Part shown: one piece after another, positions 9,207 through 19,887 of the stretch
How positions within the stretch are numbered: position 1 is the stretch's first letter
Layout: the number at the start of each line of letters is the position of its first letter
Assembly: GCA_947589415.1 (NCBI GenBank)
Contig: CANQBP010000005.1
Span: 38,553 to 102,552, forward strand
Direction: 5' to 3'
DNA from: an uncultured Clostridia bacterium
GTDB lineage: Bacteria; Bacillota; Clostridia; Oscillospirales; Acutalibacteraceae
DNA: 64,000 nucleotides
Position numbers and translations under genes: made by a program
The notes under the pieces: model-generated
What the model was told of the DNA's origin: nothing
The model's input: only the letters and a program-made list of their open reading frames with translations
The model's database searches: none

Positions 9207-12200
9207 TTAGGTTTTCATTCCGAGTTTCTGTTCTATTTCGCTTGCTTTAAGTTCAAGAAGTTTTGATATGCCCTGATCCTGCATCGTAACGCCATAGAGG
9301 ACATCGGCTTCTTCCATTGTTCCGCGCCTATGTGTAATGCATATAAATTGAGTCTTATCGTTCATTCTTCTAAGATACTCTGCGAAGCGGTACACATTAA
9401 CATCATCGAGCGCAGCCTCTATCTCGTCCATTACACAAAACGGTGACGGTCTTACTTTCATTATAGCAAAATACAAGGCTATTGCAACAAGTGCCTTTTC
9501 CCCTCCCGAAAGCAGTTCTATATGAGATACTATTTTTCCCGGCGGTTCAACGGATATTTCTATTCCTGCCGAAAGAACATTTTCCGGATCGGAAAGTGAA
9601 AGCGATGCCTTGCCGCCCCCGAAAAGCTCCGTAAAAGTTTCGGAAAAGTTCTTGTTTATCTGATTAAAACGGTCGATAAATATTTCCCTCATCTGTTTTG
9701 TAAGGTCATTTATAAGGTGCAGCAACTCACTTTTCGATTTTTCCACATCACCGGTCTGTACGCTCAGAAAATCGTAGCGTTCGCTTACTTCCTTATATTC
9801 CTCTATTGCCGAAACATTTACCGTACCCAATGACTTGATTTTCTGCTTTAGCTCATTGAGTCTTTTTTGTGCCTTTGCAGGATCATCTATTTTTGACGCA
9901 TTAGCTTCAGCCTCTCGTTTTGTGAGATTATATTCCTCCCATAGCTTATTTACCGTATCGTCATATTGCTTTTGCAGATTTGCACGTCTTTCCTCAAGTC
10001 TTGCAATTTCACCGCTTACAGTTTCTCTTTCGGTCTGCTTTTCACGTTCCTTTTGTCTTAATTGTGCGGCATTTTGTTCATATACGAGCTTTTGGGAAGA
10101 GAAAGAATCTATCGCTTTTTTCTCGGTTTCGGCTTTTTTCTTCAATTCGTCGGCTTCCGATTCAAGAGAATTGATTCTGCTTAGCAGCTCCGCATTTTTT
10201 TCGCCGAGTAATGTAATCTCCGCCTTATCCGACATTATCCTCTCTTGTGCGGTATTTTTTCTTAAAAGGGCATTTTCTTTTTCCGAATTTGCGGCAGCTA
10301 TATCCTTTTCTGTCGTCAGTATTTCAAGCCTTATCTGCTGCAGCTTCTCACTGAGATCCTCTCTTTTCTTTACAAGTTCATCTTTTGAACCCGTAAGTAA
10401 TTTTGCCTTTTCTTCATTTTCGGAAATTTCCTTTTGGTAGGCATCAAGTTCATTTCTCGCTTTTTCCATTTGTGCAGTTAAACGGTTCATCTTGGAAACG
10501 GAGCTTTCCTTTTCATTTTGTGCCTCGTTAAGCGCTGTTTTTGTAGAATCAAGCTCCGTAAGACGGCTGCGTATTTCAGCCTCAAGTTTTACTTTATCCC
10601 CCTGCGCAACAGAAAGTTGTTCCGACAAAGTGCTAACCTTTTTTTCAAGCATTTCGACAGCTTCATCTTCACCTTTCAGTTGTTCGGAAAGAGAATCTGC
10701 CTGTTTAAGTATTTGTGCGGATTGTTTTTTAAGATTTTCTATTTCGGAAGCTCTGCCGAACAAACCGGCATTTTTTGAAAGTGAACCGCCCGTAAGAGAA
10801 CCGCCCGCATTAACCACCTGTCCGTCAAGTGTAACTATACGAAAACGATAAGCGTATTTTTTTGCAATATCGACCGCCCTGTCGAGATTATCCGCAACAA
10901 CTGTTCTTCCCAAAAGATTAAGCAGTATATCCGTATAGCAATCCTCACAACTGCAAAGCTCCGCCGCAATACCGACAAACCCTTTACAATCTTCAAGACC
11001 GCTTTCATTCAATTTTCTGCCCTTTATAGAGGACATAGGCAAAAAAGTTGCACGTCCCCCGTCATGTTGTTTCAAATAAGATATTGCCGCTTTTGCATCA
11101 TTGTCATTTACGGTGACAATGTTCTGCATTGCCGCACCGAGGGCTATTTCTATTGCCGTATTATATTCGGGTACGGTTTTTAAAACTCTTGATACCGGGC
11201 CGCATATACCGCTTAGCGTACCTTTCTTTGCCTCACGCATAACAATTTTAACGCTATGCGTAAAGCCCTCAAGGTTTCTTTCAAGATCTTCAAGCATTCT
11301 TGCCTTACCCAATGTCTGTTGTGCGGACAGATATGTCTTGTCCGTTTTATCCTTGAGTTTAGCATATTCCTGACGCCTTGCGGCTATTTTTTGCTGTACC
11401 TCATTCTTTTCTTTTAAAATTTCGTCGGCATTGTTTTCGCAGTCTTTTTTCATTTTCTCATAATCCGAAATAATATTATCAAGCGTTGTAATTTGAGAAA
11501 GTTTTGCTTTCATTGTATTTTCCAATACTTCTGTACGGGCATTGAGATCATTTATTGCCGACATAGAAGTCATATATTCTATTTTCGCATCGGATACATT
11601 AACCGCAAGCTCGGCAAGTATTGAATTTATCTGCTCTATTTTATCCGCCGAATCACTTTCGCCCGTTTTTAATTGTAAAAGTTCTTCCGTGTACTTTTTT
11701 TCTTTCTCGCCTTGCAAAGACAGTACAGCGTTAAATTCTTCAATTTTAGCATTTTTCCTGTCAATTTCGGATTCAAGCTCTTCGCCGGATTTTGAAAGTT
11801 CGGATATATCACTCCGTATTCTTTCAGCGGTTTCTTCATTATGCCTTATATCATTTTTCAGGACATTAGCCTCCGACCGCTTTTCCGATGATTGCTCCTC
11901 ATTTTCGGATATACTTTGCCGCATTTCGTCAATTTTTGCCGTCAGCTTGTTTTGACTGTTATAGCTTTCCTCAATTTCCGCCGCTATTTTCTCTATATCA
12001 CTCTCGGCCTCATTATATTGAGCATTCGCAACGGCTAATTTGTCCTCCTGCTCCCTTACCGATGCTGCCGATTTATCGAGTGTACGCAGCCATAAGGCTA
12101 TCTCAAGACCACGTTTTTCTTCATCATACTCAATAAATGCCTTTGCTTTTTCGGATTGTACCTTAAGCGGCCCGACCCTGCCCTCAAGCTCCGAAAGAAT

Positions 12201-12779
12201 ATCCCTTAAACGTACAAGATTTTCCTCCGCCTTTGCAAGCCTGCGTTCCGCTTCGGATTTTTTATATCGAAATTTTGAAATACCTGCGGCTTCTTCAAAT
12301 ATTTCTCTTCGGTCCTCACCCTTTGTTGCAACGATGGAATCAATCTTACCCTGACCTATCATCGAATACCCGTCACGACCGAGTCCCGTATCCATAAATA
12401 ATTCATGTATATCCTGTAATCTTACAGCGGTATTATTTATCAAATACTCACTGTTCCCCGAACGGTAATATCTTCTTGTAACAGCCACTTCATCGCCGTC
12501 ATACTGAAGTTGTCTGTCCTTATTTTCAAACGAAAGAGTTACCTGCGCATAACCCGTCTTTTTCCTTTGTTTTGTGCCGTTAAAAATAACATCTTCCATT
12601 TTTGAACATCGCAGTGCCTTAGCGGACTGCTCCCCAAGTACCCAGCGTATAGCGTCACTTATATTACTTTTTCCGCTTCCGTTCGGTCCGACCACAGCGG
12701 TAATGCCCTCTGTAAAATTCAGTTTTGTCTTATCGGGAAAGGTTTTAAAACCTTGTACCTCCAATGCCTTTAATCGCAC
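9207..12779 (-). CDS. smc: Chromosome segregation protein SMC
   Basis: 1190 aa. Walker A GPNGSGKSNISDAIRWVLGEQS, long coiled coils, a hinge, the signature LSGGEKAL and Walker B FCVMDEIEAALD. Confidence 0.97.
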   Translation of the reverse strand: MRLKALEVQGFKTFPDKTKLNFTEGITAVVGPNGSGKSNISDAIRWVLGEQSAKALRCSKMEDVIFNGTKQRKKTGYAQVTLSFENKDRQLQYDGDEVAVTRRYYRSGNSEYLINNTAVRLQDIHELFMDTGLGRDGYSMIGQGKIDSIVATKGEDRREIFEEAAGISKFRYKKSEAERRLAKAEENLVRLRDILSELEGRVGPLKVQSEKAKAFIEYDEEKRGLEIALWLRTLDKSAASVREQEDKLAVANAQYNEAESDIEKIAAEIEESYNSQNKLTAKIDEMRQSISENEEQSSEKRSEANVLKNDIRHNEETAERIRSDISELSKSGEELESEIDRKNAKIEEFNAVLSLQGEKEKKYTEELLQLKTGESDSADKIEQINSILAELAVNVSDAKIEYMTSMSAINDLNARTEVLENTMKAKLSQITTLDNIISDYEKMKKDCENNADEILKEKNEVQQKIAARRQEYAKLKDKTDKTYLSAQQTLGKARMLEDLERNLEGFTHSVKIVMREAKKGTLSGICGPVSRVLKTVPEYNTAIEIALGAAMQNIVTVNDNDAKAAISYLKQHDGGRATFLPMSSIKGRKLNESGLEDCKGFVGIAAELCSCEDCYTDILLNLLGRTVVADNLDRAVDIAKKYAYRFRIVTLDGQVVNAGGSLTGGSLSKNAGLFGRASEIENLKKQSAQILKQADSLSEQLKGEDEAVEMLEKKVSTLSEQLSVAQGDKVKLEAEIRSRLTELDSTKTALNEAQNEKESSVSKMNRLTAQMEKARNELDAYQKEISENEEKAKLLTGSKDELVKKREDLSEKLQQIRLEILTTEKDIAAANSEKENALLRKNTAQERIMSDKAEITLLGEKNAELLSRINSLESEADELKKKAETEKKAIDSFSSQKLVYEQNAAQLRQKEREKQTERETVSGEIARLEERRANLQKQYDDTVNKLWEEYNLTKREAEANASKIDDPAKAQKRLNELKQKIKSLGTVNVSAIEEYKEVSERYDFLSVQTGDVEKSKSELLHLINDLTKQMREIFIDRFNQINKNFSETFTELFGGGKASLSLSDPENVLSAGIEISVEPPGKIVSHIELLSGGEKALVAIALYFAIMKVRPSPFCVMDEIEAALDDVNVYRFAEYLRRMNDKTQFICITHRRGTMEEADVLYGVTMQDQGISKLLELKASEIEQKLGMKT

Positions 12780-12783
12780 TTTC

Positions 12784-13800
12784 TCACCCTATATCCTTAA
12801 TTTTAATTTCATATCTGTCAAGCGTACCGTCCTGCACTACCTTTGCGGTAATACCCATATCGACAAGTGCCTTTATATTGCCTCTCCTGTTTCCTATAAA
12901 TTTTGATACGGAAGTCGGATTAACGATAAATTCTACCGTTCCCCCCGTGATTTTATTTTTCTCCAAAAGGCTTACCGTATTGTCATACATTATCCTGCTT
13001 TCGCACAGCTCCCGAAAAGACGGGTGGAACGCTCCTGCTGCCATTCCCTCACGCAGACTTCGGCTGTCATGCAGTCCGAGGCGTATTACGGAAATTTTTC
13101 TCTCCCGAAAATACAAAAGCAGTTTCGCACACAGCGAAACGGCAGAATTAAGCTCCTGCGGTTCATACATACCGTTCATATATAAATCACAAAGTTCCGT
13201 ATTTTTCATAACCACGGTCGGATATATGCGCATCGTTGCCGGTTCGAGTTCTGCAAGTTTTTCGGCTGTCGCAATATCCGTATCGGTGTCACTGCCGTAA
13301 AGTCCCGTCATCATCTGCAATCCGAGTTCAAAACCGTATTTATGTATAAGCTCGGAAGCATTTACCACATCTTCCGATGTATGTCCCCGTTTATTGAGTG
13401 CAAGCACTTTGTTATCCATACTTTGCGCACCCAGTTCTATTGACGTAACACAATTCTCTTTGAGAATACCGAGAATTTCTTCATCAACGGCATCGGGACG
13501 GGTAGACAACCTAATCCCGTAAAATTCTCCGCTTTTTACATACGGAGATGCCGCTGTCAGAAGTTCAGTCATATAATCCCTGTCGATTGCCGTAAAACTC
13601 CCGCCGAAAAAAGCTATCTCGGCATTTTTTGTTTTGCTGCCAAGACTTTTACGGGCAATTTCTACTGCTTCAATCACATCAGTTCCGCTCGGCTGATTAT
13701 TTTGACCCGTTATTCTTTTCTGATTACAGAACGTACATTGATGGGGACAGCCGTTATGCGGAACAAATATCGCAACATTTGAGTGTTTCAGACCGTTCAC
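12784..13800 (-). CDS. Radical SAM protein (ELP3-like core, no acetyltransferase domain)
   Basis: CPHQCTFCNQ is the CxxxCxxC cluster near the N-terminus. 338 aa, located between rnc and smc. Confidence 0.75.
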   Translation of the reverse strand: MNGLKHSNVAIFVPHNGCPHQCTFCNQKRITGQNNQPSGTDVIEAVEIARKSLGSKTKNAEIAFFGGSFTAIDRDYMTELLTAASPYVKSGEFYGIRLSTRPDAVDEEILGILKENCVTSIELGAQSMDNKVLALNKRGHTSEDVVNASELIHKYGFELGLQMMTGLYGSDTDTDIATAEKLAELEPATMRIYPTVVMKNTELCDLYMNGMYEPQELNSAVSLCAKLLLYFRERKISVIRLGLHDSRSLREGMAAGAFHPSFRELCESRIMYDNTVSLLEKNKITGGTVEFIVNPTSVSKFIGNRRGNIKALVDMGITAKVVQDGTLDRYEIKIKDIG

Positions 13801-13829
13801 CTCTTTAACATATGCTTAATTGCCGTTGG

Positions 13830-14504
13830 TCAATAACCCATAAGTTTCAATGCTTCCCTTGCTGCCTGTTGTTCGGCTTCTTTCTTACTTCTTCCTCCGC
13901 CTTTGCCTATCACATTGTTGTTAAGGTGAACCTCTACGGAGAAATGTTTATCGTGGTCAGGCCCCTCCTCGCCGACAAGAACATATTCAAGATGTTCTTC
14001 GGGATTTTTTTGTATAATTTCTTGGAGGGTAGTCTTATAATCCTTAAATGCCTTCGGTTTCTGATTTTTTATTTCAGGCTCAACAAAGCGAAGTATAAAC
14101 TTTCTTGCCTCTGCCATTCCTCCGTCAAGGTATATAGAAGCTATTATTGCCTCAAACGCATCTGCAAGAATTGACGGTCTTTCATGCCCCCTGAGATTTC
14201 TTTCGCCCTTTGAAAGCCTTAGATAGTTGCCGACACCCAACTCCGTTGAAAAACGGCAAAGACTTTTTTCACACACGAGAGCTGCACGGAGTTTACTGAG
14301 GTCACCTTCCGGAAGTTTGGGACAATTTCTGTAAATATAATCCGATACGACTATACTTAAAACCGAATCTCCGAGAAATTCGAGCCGTTCATTACTCTTT
14401 ACTCCGTTTCTCACCTCATTTGCATATGAGGAATGTGTCAGCGCATTCTCAAGATATGATATATTTTTATATGTGTATCCTATTGCCTTTTGAAGTTCTT
14501 TCAT
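13830..14504 (-). CDS. rnc: Ribonuclease III
   Basis: ERLEFLGDSVL signature and a C-terminal dsRBD (GGGRSKKEAEQQAAREAL). Confidence 0.96.
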   Translation of the reverse strand: MKELQKAIGYTYKNISYLENALTHSSYANEVRNGVKSNERLEFLGDSVLSIVVSDYIYRNCPKLPEGDLSKLRAALVCEKSLCRFSTELGVGNYLRLSKGERNLRGHERPSILADAFEAIIASIYLDGGMAEARKFILRFVEPEIKNQKPKAFKDYKTTLQEIIQKNPEEHLEYVLVGEEGPDHDKHFSVEVHLNNNVIGKGGGRSKKEAEQQAAREALKLMGY

Positions 14505-14507
14505 TTT

Positions 14508-15515
14508 TTACTCCTCTTTAATTTTGATTTCCGAAATTTTCTTTTCCATTATCTCAATAGCCCCGGAAGCCGCAAAATCCGCTGCTGCCCGTATAACGGC
14601 GGAAACCGCAACGGCATTGGCACTTCCGTGCGTTTTCAAAACGGGTTTTTTGACACCCATGACAACCGCCCCGCCATAGCGGTTATAATCAAAATATTTA
14701 CGAAGTTCATTCATTTCTTTTTTAACTAAAAGTGCCGCAATCTTTGTTCGCAGGTTTTTATAAAATACTCCTTTTATTTTTCCGAAAAGCTCTTTCGCCG
14801 CACCTTCATACATTTTTGCTATTACATTGCCGGTAAAACCGTCGGCAACTATAACATCGGCAACACCCGCCGGAATATCCCTTGCCTCTATATTTCCGAT
14901 AAAATTGATATCGGTTTCTTTCAGCAGTTTAAACGCCTCATGTCTGAGCGCATCTCCTTTGTGATCCTCCGTGCCTACATTTGCCAATCCTACTCTCGGA
15001 TTTTTCACTCCGAGGATACTCTCCATATAAACGGAACCCATTATTCCGTATTTTCTTAATGTTTCCGCCATAACATTCACATACGCCCCTCCGTCTATCA
15101 GTATAAACGGGCCTTTTGAAGTCGGCATTATCGGGGCAAACGCTATGCGCTCTATACCGTCGATTTCTTTTACATATCTATGTGAGCCCAATACTAATGC
15201 TCCGCTGTTTCCCGCACTTACAAAAGCATCTGCTTTCCCGTCTGCCGCAAGACGCAGTCCTTCCGCCATTGAGCTGTTCTTTTTTCCTCTGAATATTTCT
15301 CTCGGATCGTCCTCCATGGTTATTGCGCACTCCGCATCAAATATTTCAAATCGGGAAATATCCAGCTTATTTTCATTTGCGCACTTTTCTATTTCCTTTT
15401 TATTACCTACCATGGCAACCGCAGCATCAGGATTATCATTCAAAGAAAGAATACAGCCCTTGATGACCTCAAGCGGTGCATTATCCCCGCCGAACGCATC
15501 GACTAATATTTTCAT
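14508..15515 (-). CDS. plsX: Phosphate acyltransferase PlsX
   Basis: MKILVDAFGGDNAP...GNSGA...HGSANA pattern typical of PlsX. Confidence 0.94.
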   Translation of the reverse strand: MKILVDAFGGDNAPLEVIKGCILSLNDNPDAAVAMVGNKKEIEKCANENKLDISRFEIFDAECAITMEDDPREIFRGKKNSSMAEGLRLAADGKADAFVSAGNSGALVLGSHRYVKEIDGIERIAFAPIMPTSKGPFILIDGGAYVNVMAETLRKYGIMGSVYMESILGVKNPRVGLANVGTEDHKGDALRHEAFKLLKETDINFIGNIEARDIPAGVADVIVADGFTGNVIAKMYEGAAKELFGKIKGVFYKNLRTKIAALLVKKEMNELRKYFDYNRYGGAVVMGVKKPVLKTHGSANAVAVSAVIRAAADFAASGAIEIMEKKISEIKIKEE

Positions 15516-15556
15516 AAAATCAACCTCTCAACAAAAGTCTTTCCAAATATATACTG

Positions 15557-16867
15557 TCAGATATCTTCGGATATCCTATCAATACATTCAAGTGACCTTT
15601 TTGCATATTCCGCAGCCCTTTCCCTTTTATCCCTTATATTTATCTCAAGCGGCGGGAGTATTCCCAAATTCGCACCCATCGGCTGAAAATCCTTTGTTTG
15701 TGAATTTGATACATAGTCACTCAATGCACCTATCATTGTTTCTTTCGGAAGAATTATCGACTTCATTCCCTTGAGCCGCCTTACTGCATTTATTCCCGCA
15801 ATAAGCCCTGAGGAAGCCGATTCCATGTAGCCCTCAACACCTGTCATTTGACCTGCAAAGAAAATGTTCGGAGCACTTCTCATCGAAAAATCCGCATTGA
15901 GGATTTTCGGAGAATTTATAAATGTATTTCTATGCATTACACCGTAACGGACATACTCCGCATTTTTTAGTGCGGGTATCAGACCGAAAACTCTTTTTTG
16001 CTCGGAAAATTTAAGATTTGTCTGAAATCCCACAAGATTATACATACTTTTCTCCGAATTTTCCGTTCGCAGCTGAAGAACCGCCCACGGACGGTGTCCT
16101 GTCTTAGGATCACGAAGTCCCACCGGTTTCATGGGGCCGAACCTCAATGTATCAAGTCCTCTTTGTGCGAGTATTTCAACCGGCATACACCCCTCATAAA
16201 CCTTCGGATTCATAACATCAACATCATGTCTTGGCGCTCTTTCGGCAGATACCAATGCCGAATGAAAAATCTCATATTCTTCCTTATTCATAGGACAGTT
16301 GATATATGCATCCTCTCCTCTGTCATAGCGTGATGCTGTAAATGTGCAGTCCGTATCTATACTTTCCGCAGTTATTATCGGTGCTGCGGCGTCAAAAAAA
16401 TTAAGTTCCCCGCCGCACATCAGACTAATTTTTTCTGCCAAAGGTTTGCTTGTAAGCGGTCCGGTCGCAACAACAGTTACAGCATCATCAGGAATTTCCG
16501 TAACTTCAGAACCGACAACCTCAATAAGCGGGTGATTTTTTATTTTTTCGGTAACGCCCGACGAAAAAATATCCCTGTCAACCGCCAGCGCACCTCCTGC
16601 CGGTACACGACAGCCGTCGGCAACGCTGATTAGCAGCGATCCGAGTTTTCTCATTTCATATTTAAGCAGACCTGCCGCACTTTCGAGTCTTGCGGCTTTA
16701 AGGGAATTTGAACAGACAAGCTCACAAAAATCATTGCTTTTATGTGCGGGGGTCTTTTTATTCGGCTTCATTTCATAAAGTCGGACGTTAACTCCCCTTT
16801 CGGCTATCTGCCAAGCTGCTTCGCAGCCCGCAAGACCCGCACCGAGAACATTTATGTACATCATCAC
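15557..16867 (-). CDS. trmFO: Methylenetetrahydrofolate--tRNA-(uracil54-C5)-methyltransferase TrmFO
   Basis: VLGAGLAGCEAAWQIA FAD fold, 436 aa, with Gid/TrmFO-type conserved blocks (CNSLK, GQMTGVEGY). Confidence 0.93.
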   Translation of the reverse strand: MMMYINVLGAGLAGCEAAWQIAERGVNVRLYEMKPNKKTPAHKSNDFCELVCSNSLKAARLESAAGLLKYEMRKLGSLLISVADGCRVPAGGALAVDRDIFSSGVTEKIKNHPLIEVVGSEVTEIPDDAVTVVATGPLTSKPLAEKISLMCGGELNFFDAAAPIITAESIDTDCTFTASRYDRGEDAYINCPMNKEEYEIFHSALVSAERAPRHDVDVMNPKVYEGCMPVEILAQRGLDTLRFGPMKPVGLRDPKTGHRPWAVLQLRTENSEKSMYNLVGFQTNLKFSEQKRVFGLIPALKNAEYVRYGVMHRNTFINSPKILNADFSMRSAPNIFFAGQMTGVEGYMESASSGLIAGINAVRRLKGMKSIILPKETMIGALSDYVSNSQTKDFQPMGANLGILPPLEINIRDKRERAAEYAKRSLECIDRISEDI

Positions 16868-17060
16868 ACCTCAAATATCAAACCAAAAATATACTTCACC
16901 TAATTTTAGCACAATTTACCGATAATAGCAATAAGTAAAAATCAGATTAAAGGGTTTTTGAACGAGTTAAATTTTTATTGCCCATCTTTCAGCAAAAGGC
17001 ATTAAATATAATTTGTGGTCTTTTATACATTCAAAAGATATCGTCTTACTTAAAGATTAT

Positions 17061-17089
17061 TTGACATATATACTTTTTTTTGATACAAT
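17061..17089 (+). promoter_or_regulatory. Sigma-A-type promoter of the 17119 lipoprotein gene
   Basis: TTGACA (17061-17066), 17-nt spacer, TACAAT (17084-17089). The ATG is 30 nt downstream. Confidence 0.55.
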
Positions 17090-17118
17090 TTTGTTAGCTT
17101 CAACAACGGGTGATATTT

Positions 17119-18108
17119 ATGAAGTCAATAATTCGATTGCTTTCATTATTCTGTTTATTTTTACTTTTGACAGCTTGTTTTACATCAAACGTGTTTAACA
17201 TCAAAAATACGAGTTCGGATATCCCGACAAGCATATCCGAACCCGTTCAAACGTTTACTGCGAAAAGTACTGCGGCAGGAAACAACGAATATTCCGTGTC
17301 CTACCTTGGTTATACACCTCAATACGATAAAGAAGCAGATAACGATAAGTACTATTATCTTAACGAAACAAATATAAAAATCGCACGAGATACCGTCACA
17401 ATTTCACCGGTTGAAGTATATATCGACTCCTCCAATCCGCTCTCTGATGCAAAAGCATATGTTAATTGCAGATTATACAACGGGTACGATTATGAAGTTT
17501 CCGATATATATGCTGACTGGATACAATTCGGCTGTGACGGCAAAAGCATAGGAAGAATGTCGTCTGCGAAGTGTGAGGATATTACTCTCCCGTCCCACGG
17601 GACGACCATATATGAATTTGTTTTTGATGATTGTTATATTAACGATACAACCGATTTGAGCAGACTGGAGTTTGAGGCACTGTCTCACGCTGATGTTCAT
17701 AAACCGTATCAGTTAATAAAGCAGGAAAACGAACTGCGCCAAAGATTGGTTCCCGATCAACAATGCACGTATGACACGGACGATTATACGCAAAACAGTA
17801 ATATGGCGGATATCTGTCCGACGAAAATTTATTACGAAGGCGACAAGCTGATCGTATATTGCAATATATATAACGGTTACAGTTACGGAATAAAAAATAT
17901 CAAACTTAATCGGGTAAATCTTTATTCAAACGGAAAGCTCATTGCGCAGGGGAACATTGGAGTAATTTATCAGTCGGAAATTAAATCGGGACAAAGCGAA
18001 AGCTGTAAATTTGAATTTGATTTTGATTCGATAGTGGAGTATAATGCCAAAATAATCGATCCGTACCTCTCGTACTATTATTCGTATTCACATACCGACG
18101 ACCAATAA
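17119..18108 (+). CDS. Hypothetical lipoprotein with an internally duplicated domain
   Basis: MKSIIRLLSLFCLFLLLTAC signal peptide and lipobox. The motif C(R/N)(L/I)YNGY(D/S)Y occurs twice, in two about 90-aa halves. An SD-like GGGTGA sits 5 nt before the ATG at 17119. Confidence 0.6.
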   Translation: MKSIIRLLSLFCLFLLLTACFTSNVFNIKNTSSDIPTSISEPVQTFTAKSTAAGNNEYSVSYLGYTPQYDKEADNDKYYYLNETNIKIARDTVTISPVEVYIDSSNPLSDAKAYVNCRLYNGYDYEVSDIYADWIQFGCDGKSIGRMSSAKCEDITLPSHGTTIYEFVFDDCYINDTTDLSRLEFEALSHADVHKPYQLIKQENELRQRLVPDQQCTYDTDDYTQNSNMADICPTKIYYEGDKLIVYCNIYNGYSYGIKNIKLNRVNLYSNGKLIAQGNIGVIYQSEIKSGQSESCKFEFDFDSIVEYNAKIIDPYLSYYYSYSHTDDQ

Positions 18109-18129
18109 AGATTTGACACAAAGATAAAA

Positions 18130-18154
18130 GGACGTATCACCCCTCGATACGTCC
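18130..18154 (+). terminator. Hairpin after the lipoprotein gene (weak terminator)
   Basis: Perfect 9-bp stem GGACGTATC / GATACGTCC with a 7-nt loop and no T-run. Confidence 0.3.
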
Positions 18155-18457
18155 TGCACTTAATAAGAAAGAGATAAACCGTTCACTCCACAAACGGGAT
18201 ATATCTGATACGCTGTTCCTTCGATATCTGTATTATATTATTTAATAAATAACAGAAGATTGCGTAAAAGTAAACAATTTGTTAAGAAAATCATGCAATA
18301 AACTCACTTATAGCAGATTTGTTTAAAAATATTGTACATTTCATTTTTTTATTATCCATATTTTTTGATAAGAATATTTTTTCGTTCGACAGCATTTTTA
18401 TGTAAGAAAAATATTATCGGGCAGACGGGTCAAATATAATTTGTTGTGCGTGAAGTC

Positions 18458-18486
18458 TTGATTTATGCTTTGCAATAAGTTATAAT
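18458..18486 (+). promoter_or_regulatory. Sigma-A-type promoter of glyA
   Basis: TTGATT (18458-18463), 17-nt spacer, TATAAT (18481-18486). The ATG is 35 nt downstream. Confidence 0.55.
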
Positions 18487-18520
18487 TATAAAAAACATAC
18501 GTTGAAAGAGGTAAAGACCA

Positions 18521-19774
18521 ATGTACAATGATTTAATGGACAGTATAGGCTTTGTAGGAAAATATGACAGCGAAATAGCTGCTGCGATGGCTGACGAACT
18601 TAAAAGACAGCAGCAAAATCTTGAACTTATTGCTTCGGAAAACATAGTTTCCCCAGCAGTTATGGCAGCAATGGGTTCTGTTCTGACCAATAAATATGCG
18701 GAGGGCTATCCCGGAAAAAGATATTACGGCGGCTGTCAGTATGTTGATGTTGCCGAACAGATAGCAATTGACCGTGCCTGCAAGCTGTTCGGGGCAAAAT
18801 TTGCAAACGTACAGCCACATTCCGGTGCGCAGGCAAATACTGCCGTTTATTTTTCGATACTCAAGCCCGGAGATACCGTAATGGGAATGACTCTCTCCGA
18901 GGGCGGACACCTTACGCACGGTTCACCCGTAAATATTTCCGGAAAGTATTATAACTTTGTTTCATACGGAGTAGACCCCGAAACACATAGAATTGATTAT
19001 GATAATGTATATAAACTCGCTATGGAGAATAAGCCGAAATTGATAGTGTGCGGTGCTTCGGCATACCCGCGAATTATTGATTTCAAACGCTTCAGAGAAA
19101 TTGCGGACGAATGCGGAGCATACCTTATGGTAGATATGGCGCATATTGCCGGACTTGTTGCCGCAGGCGTACACCCGAGTCCCGTTCCCTATGCTCACTT
19201 CACAACGACAACAACTCATAAAACTCTTAGAGGCCCCAGAGGAGGATTGATCCTTACAAATGACGAGGAACTCGCAAAGGGTATCAATAAGGCTGTATTT
19301 CCGGGAACACAGGGCGGCCCTCTTATGCATATAATCGCTGCGAAAGCTGTTTGCTTCGGTGAGGCTCTTAAACCCGAATTTAAAACTTACGGTGAAAATA
19401 TAGTTAAAAATGCACAGGCTCTTGCGCAGGGTCTTATAAACAGAGGAAATAAGCTGGTTTCGGGAGGAACGGACAATCATGTAATGTTGCTCGACCTTAC
19501 AGACAGTGAGGTAACAGGTAAAGAACTTGAGCATCGTCTTGATGAGGTAAGGATAACCGCTAACAAAAACACTGTACCGAATGAAAAGAGAAGTCCGTTC
19601 GTTACGAGCGGTGTACGACTCGGAACAGCCGCAGTCACCACAAGAGGACTCGGAGTTGACGAAATGGATAAGATTGCAGAATACATAACACTCGCTTTGA
19701 CTGATTTTGAAAACAGCGCCGATAAAATAAGAGCCGGTGTTGATGAGATTTGCAAGAATTTCCCGCTTTACTAA
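18521..19774 (+). CDS. glyA: Serine hydroxymethyltransferase
   Basis: 417 aa with the PLP-lysine block [14 protein letters not shown]. Confidence 0.97.
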   Translation: MYNDLMDSIGFVGKYDSEIAAAMADELKRQQQNLELIASENIVSPAVMAAMGSVLTNKYAEGYPGKRYYGGCQYVDVAEQIAIDRACKLFGAKFANVQPHSGAQANTAVYFSILKPGDTVMGMTLSEGGHLTHGSPVNISGKYYNFVSYGVDPETHRIDYDNVYKLAMENKPKLIVCGASAYPRIIDFKRFREIADECGAYLMVDMAHIAGLVAAGVHPSPVPYAHFTTTTTHKTLRGPRGGLILTNDEELAKGINKAVFPGTQGGPLMHIIAAKAVCFGEALKPEFKTYGENIVKNAQALAQGLINRGNKLVSGGTDNHVMLLDLTDSEVTGKELEHRLDEVRITANKNTVPNEKRSPFVTSGVRLGTAAVTTRGLGVDEMDKIAEYITLALTDFENSADKIRAGVDEICKNFPLY

Positions 19775-19799
19775 AATTTTATAAATTTACTGTTTGTAT

Positions 19800-19851
19800 G
19801 GCTGCCGCACGGATATTTATGTCATGTGCGGCAGCCTTATTTCTTTGTTTT
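19800..19851. terminator. Rho-independent terminator between convergent glyA and spmB
   Basis: 11-bp stem GGCTGCCGCAC (19800-19810) / GTGCGGCAGCC (19826-19836), then TTATTTCTTTGTTTT on the plus strand. Confidence 0.75.
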
Positions 19852-19887
19852 AAGTAATTAAAATCCGTTATCGGTTTTAAAGGCAGC

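Noticed and set aside
18109-18520. The 400-bp AT-rich region upstream of glyA was examined for a ZTP, T-box or other riboswitch. It also contains a single Spo0A-box heptamer at 18385-18391.
   Set aside because: A good promoter sits only about 35 nt from the ATG, so the 5' UTR is too short for a riboswitch. No conserved riboswitch cores were seen. A single heptamer is at background frequency for this window.
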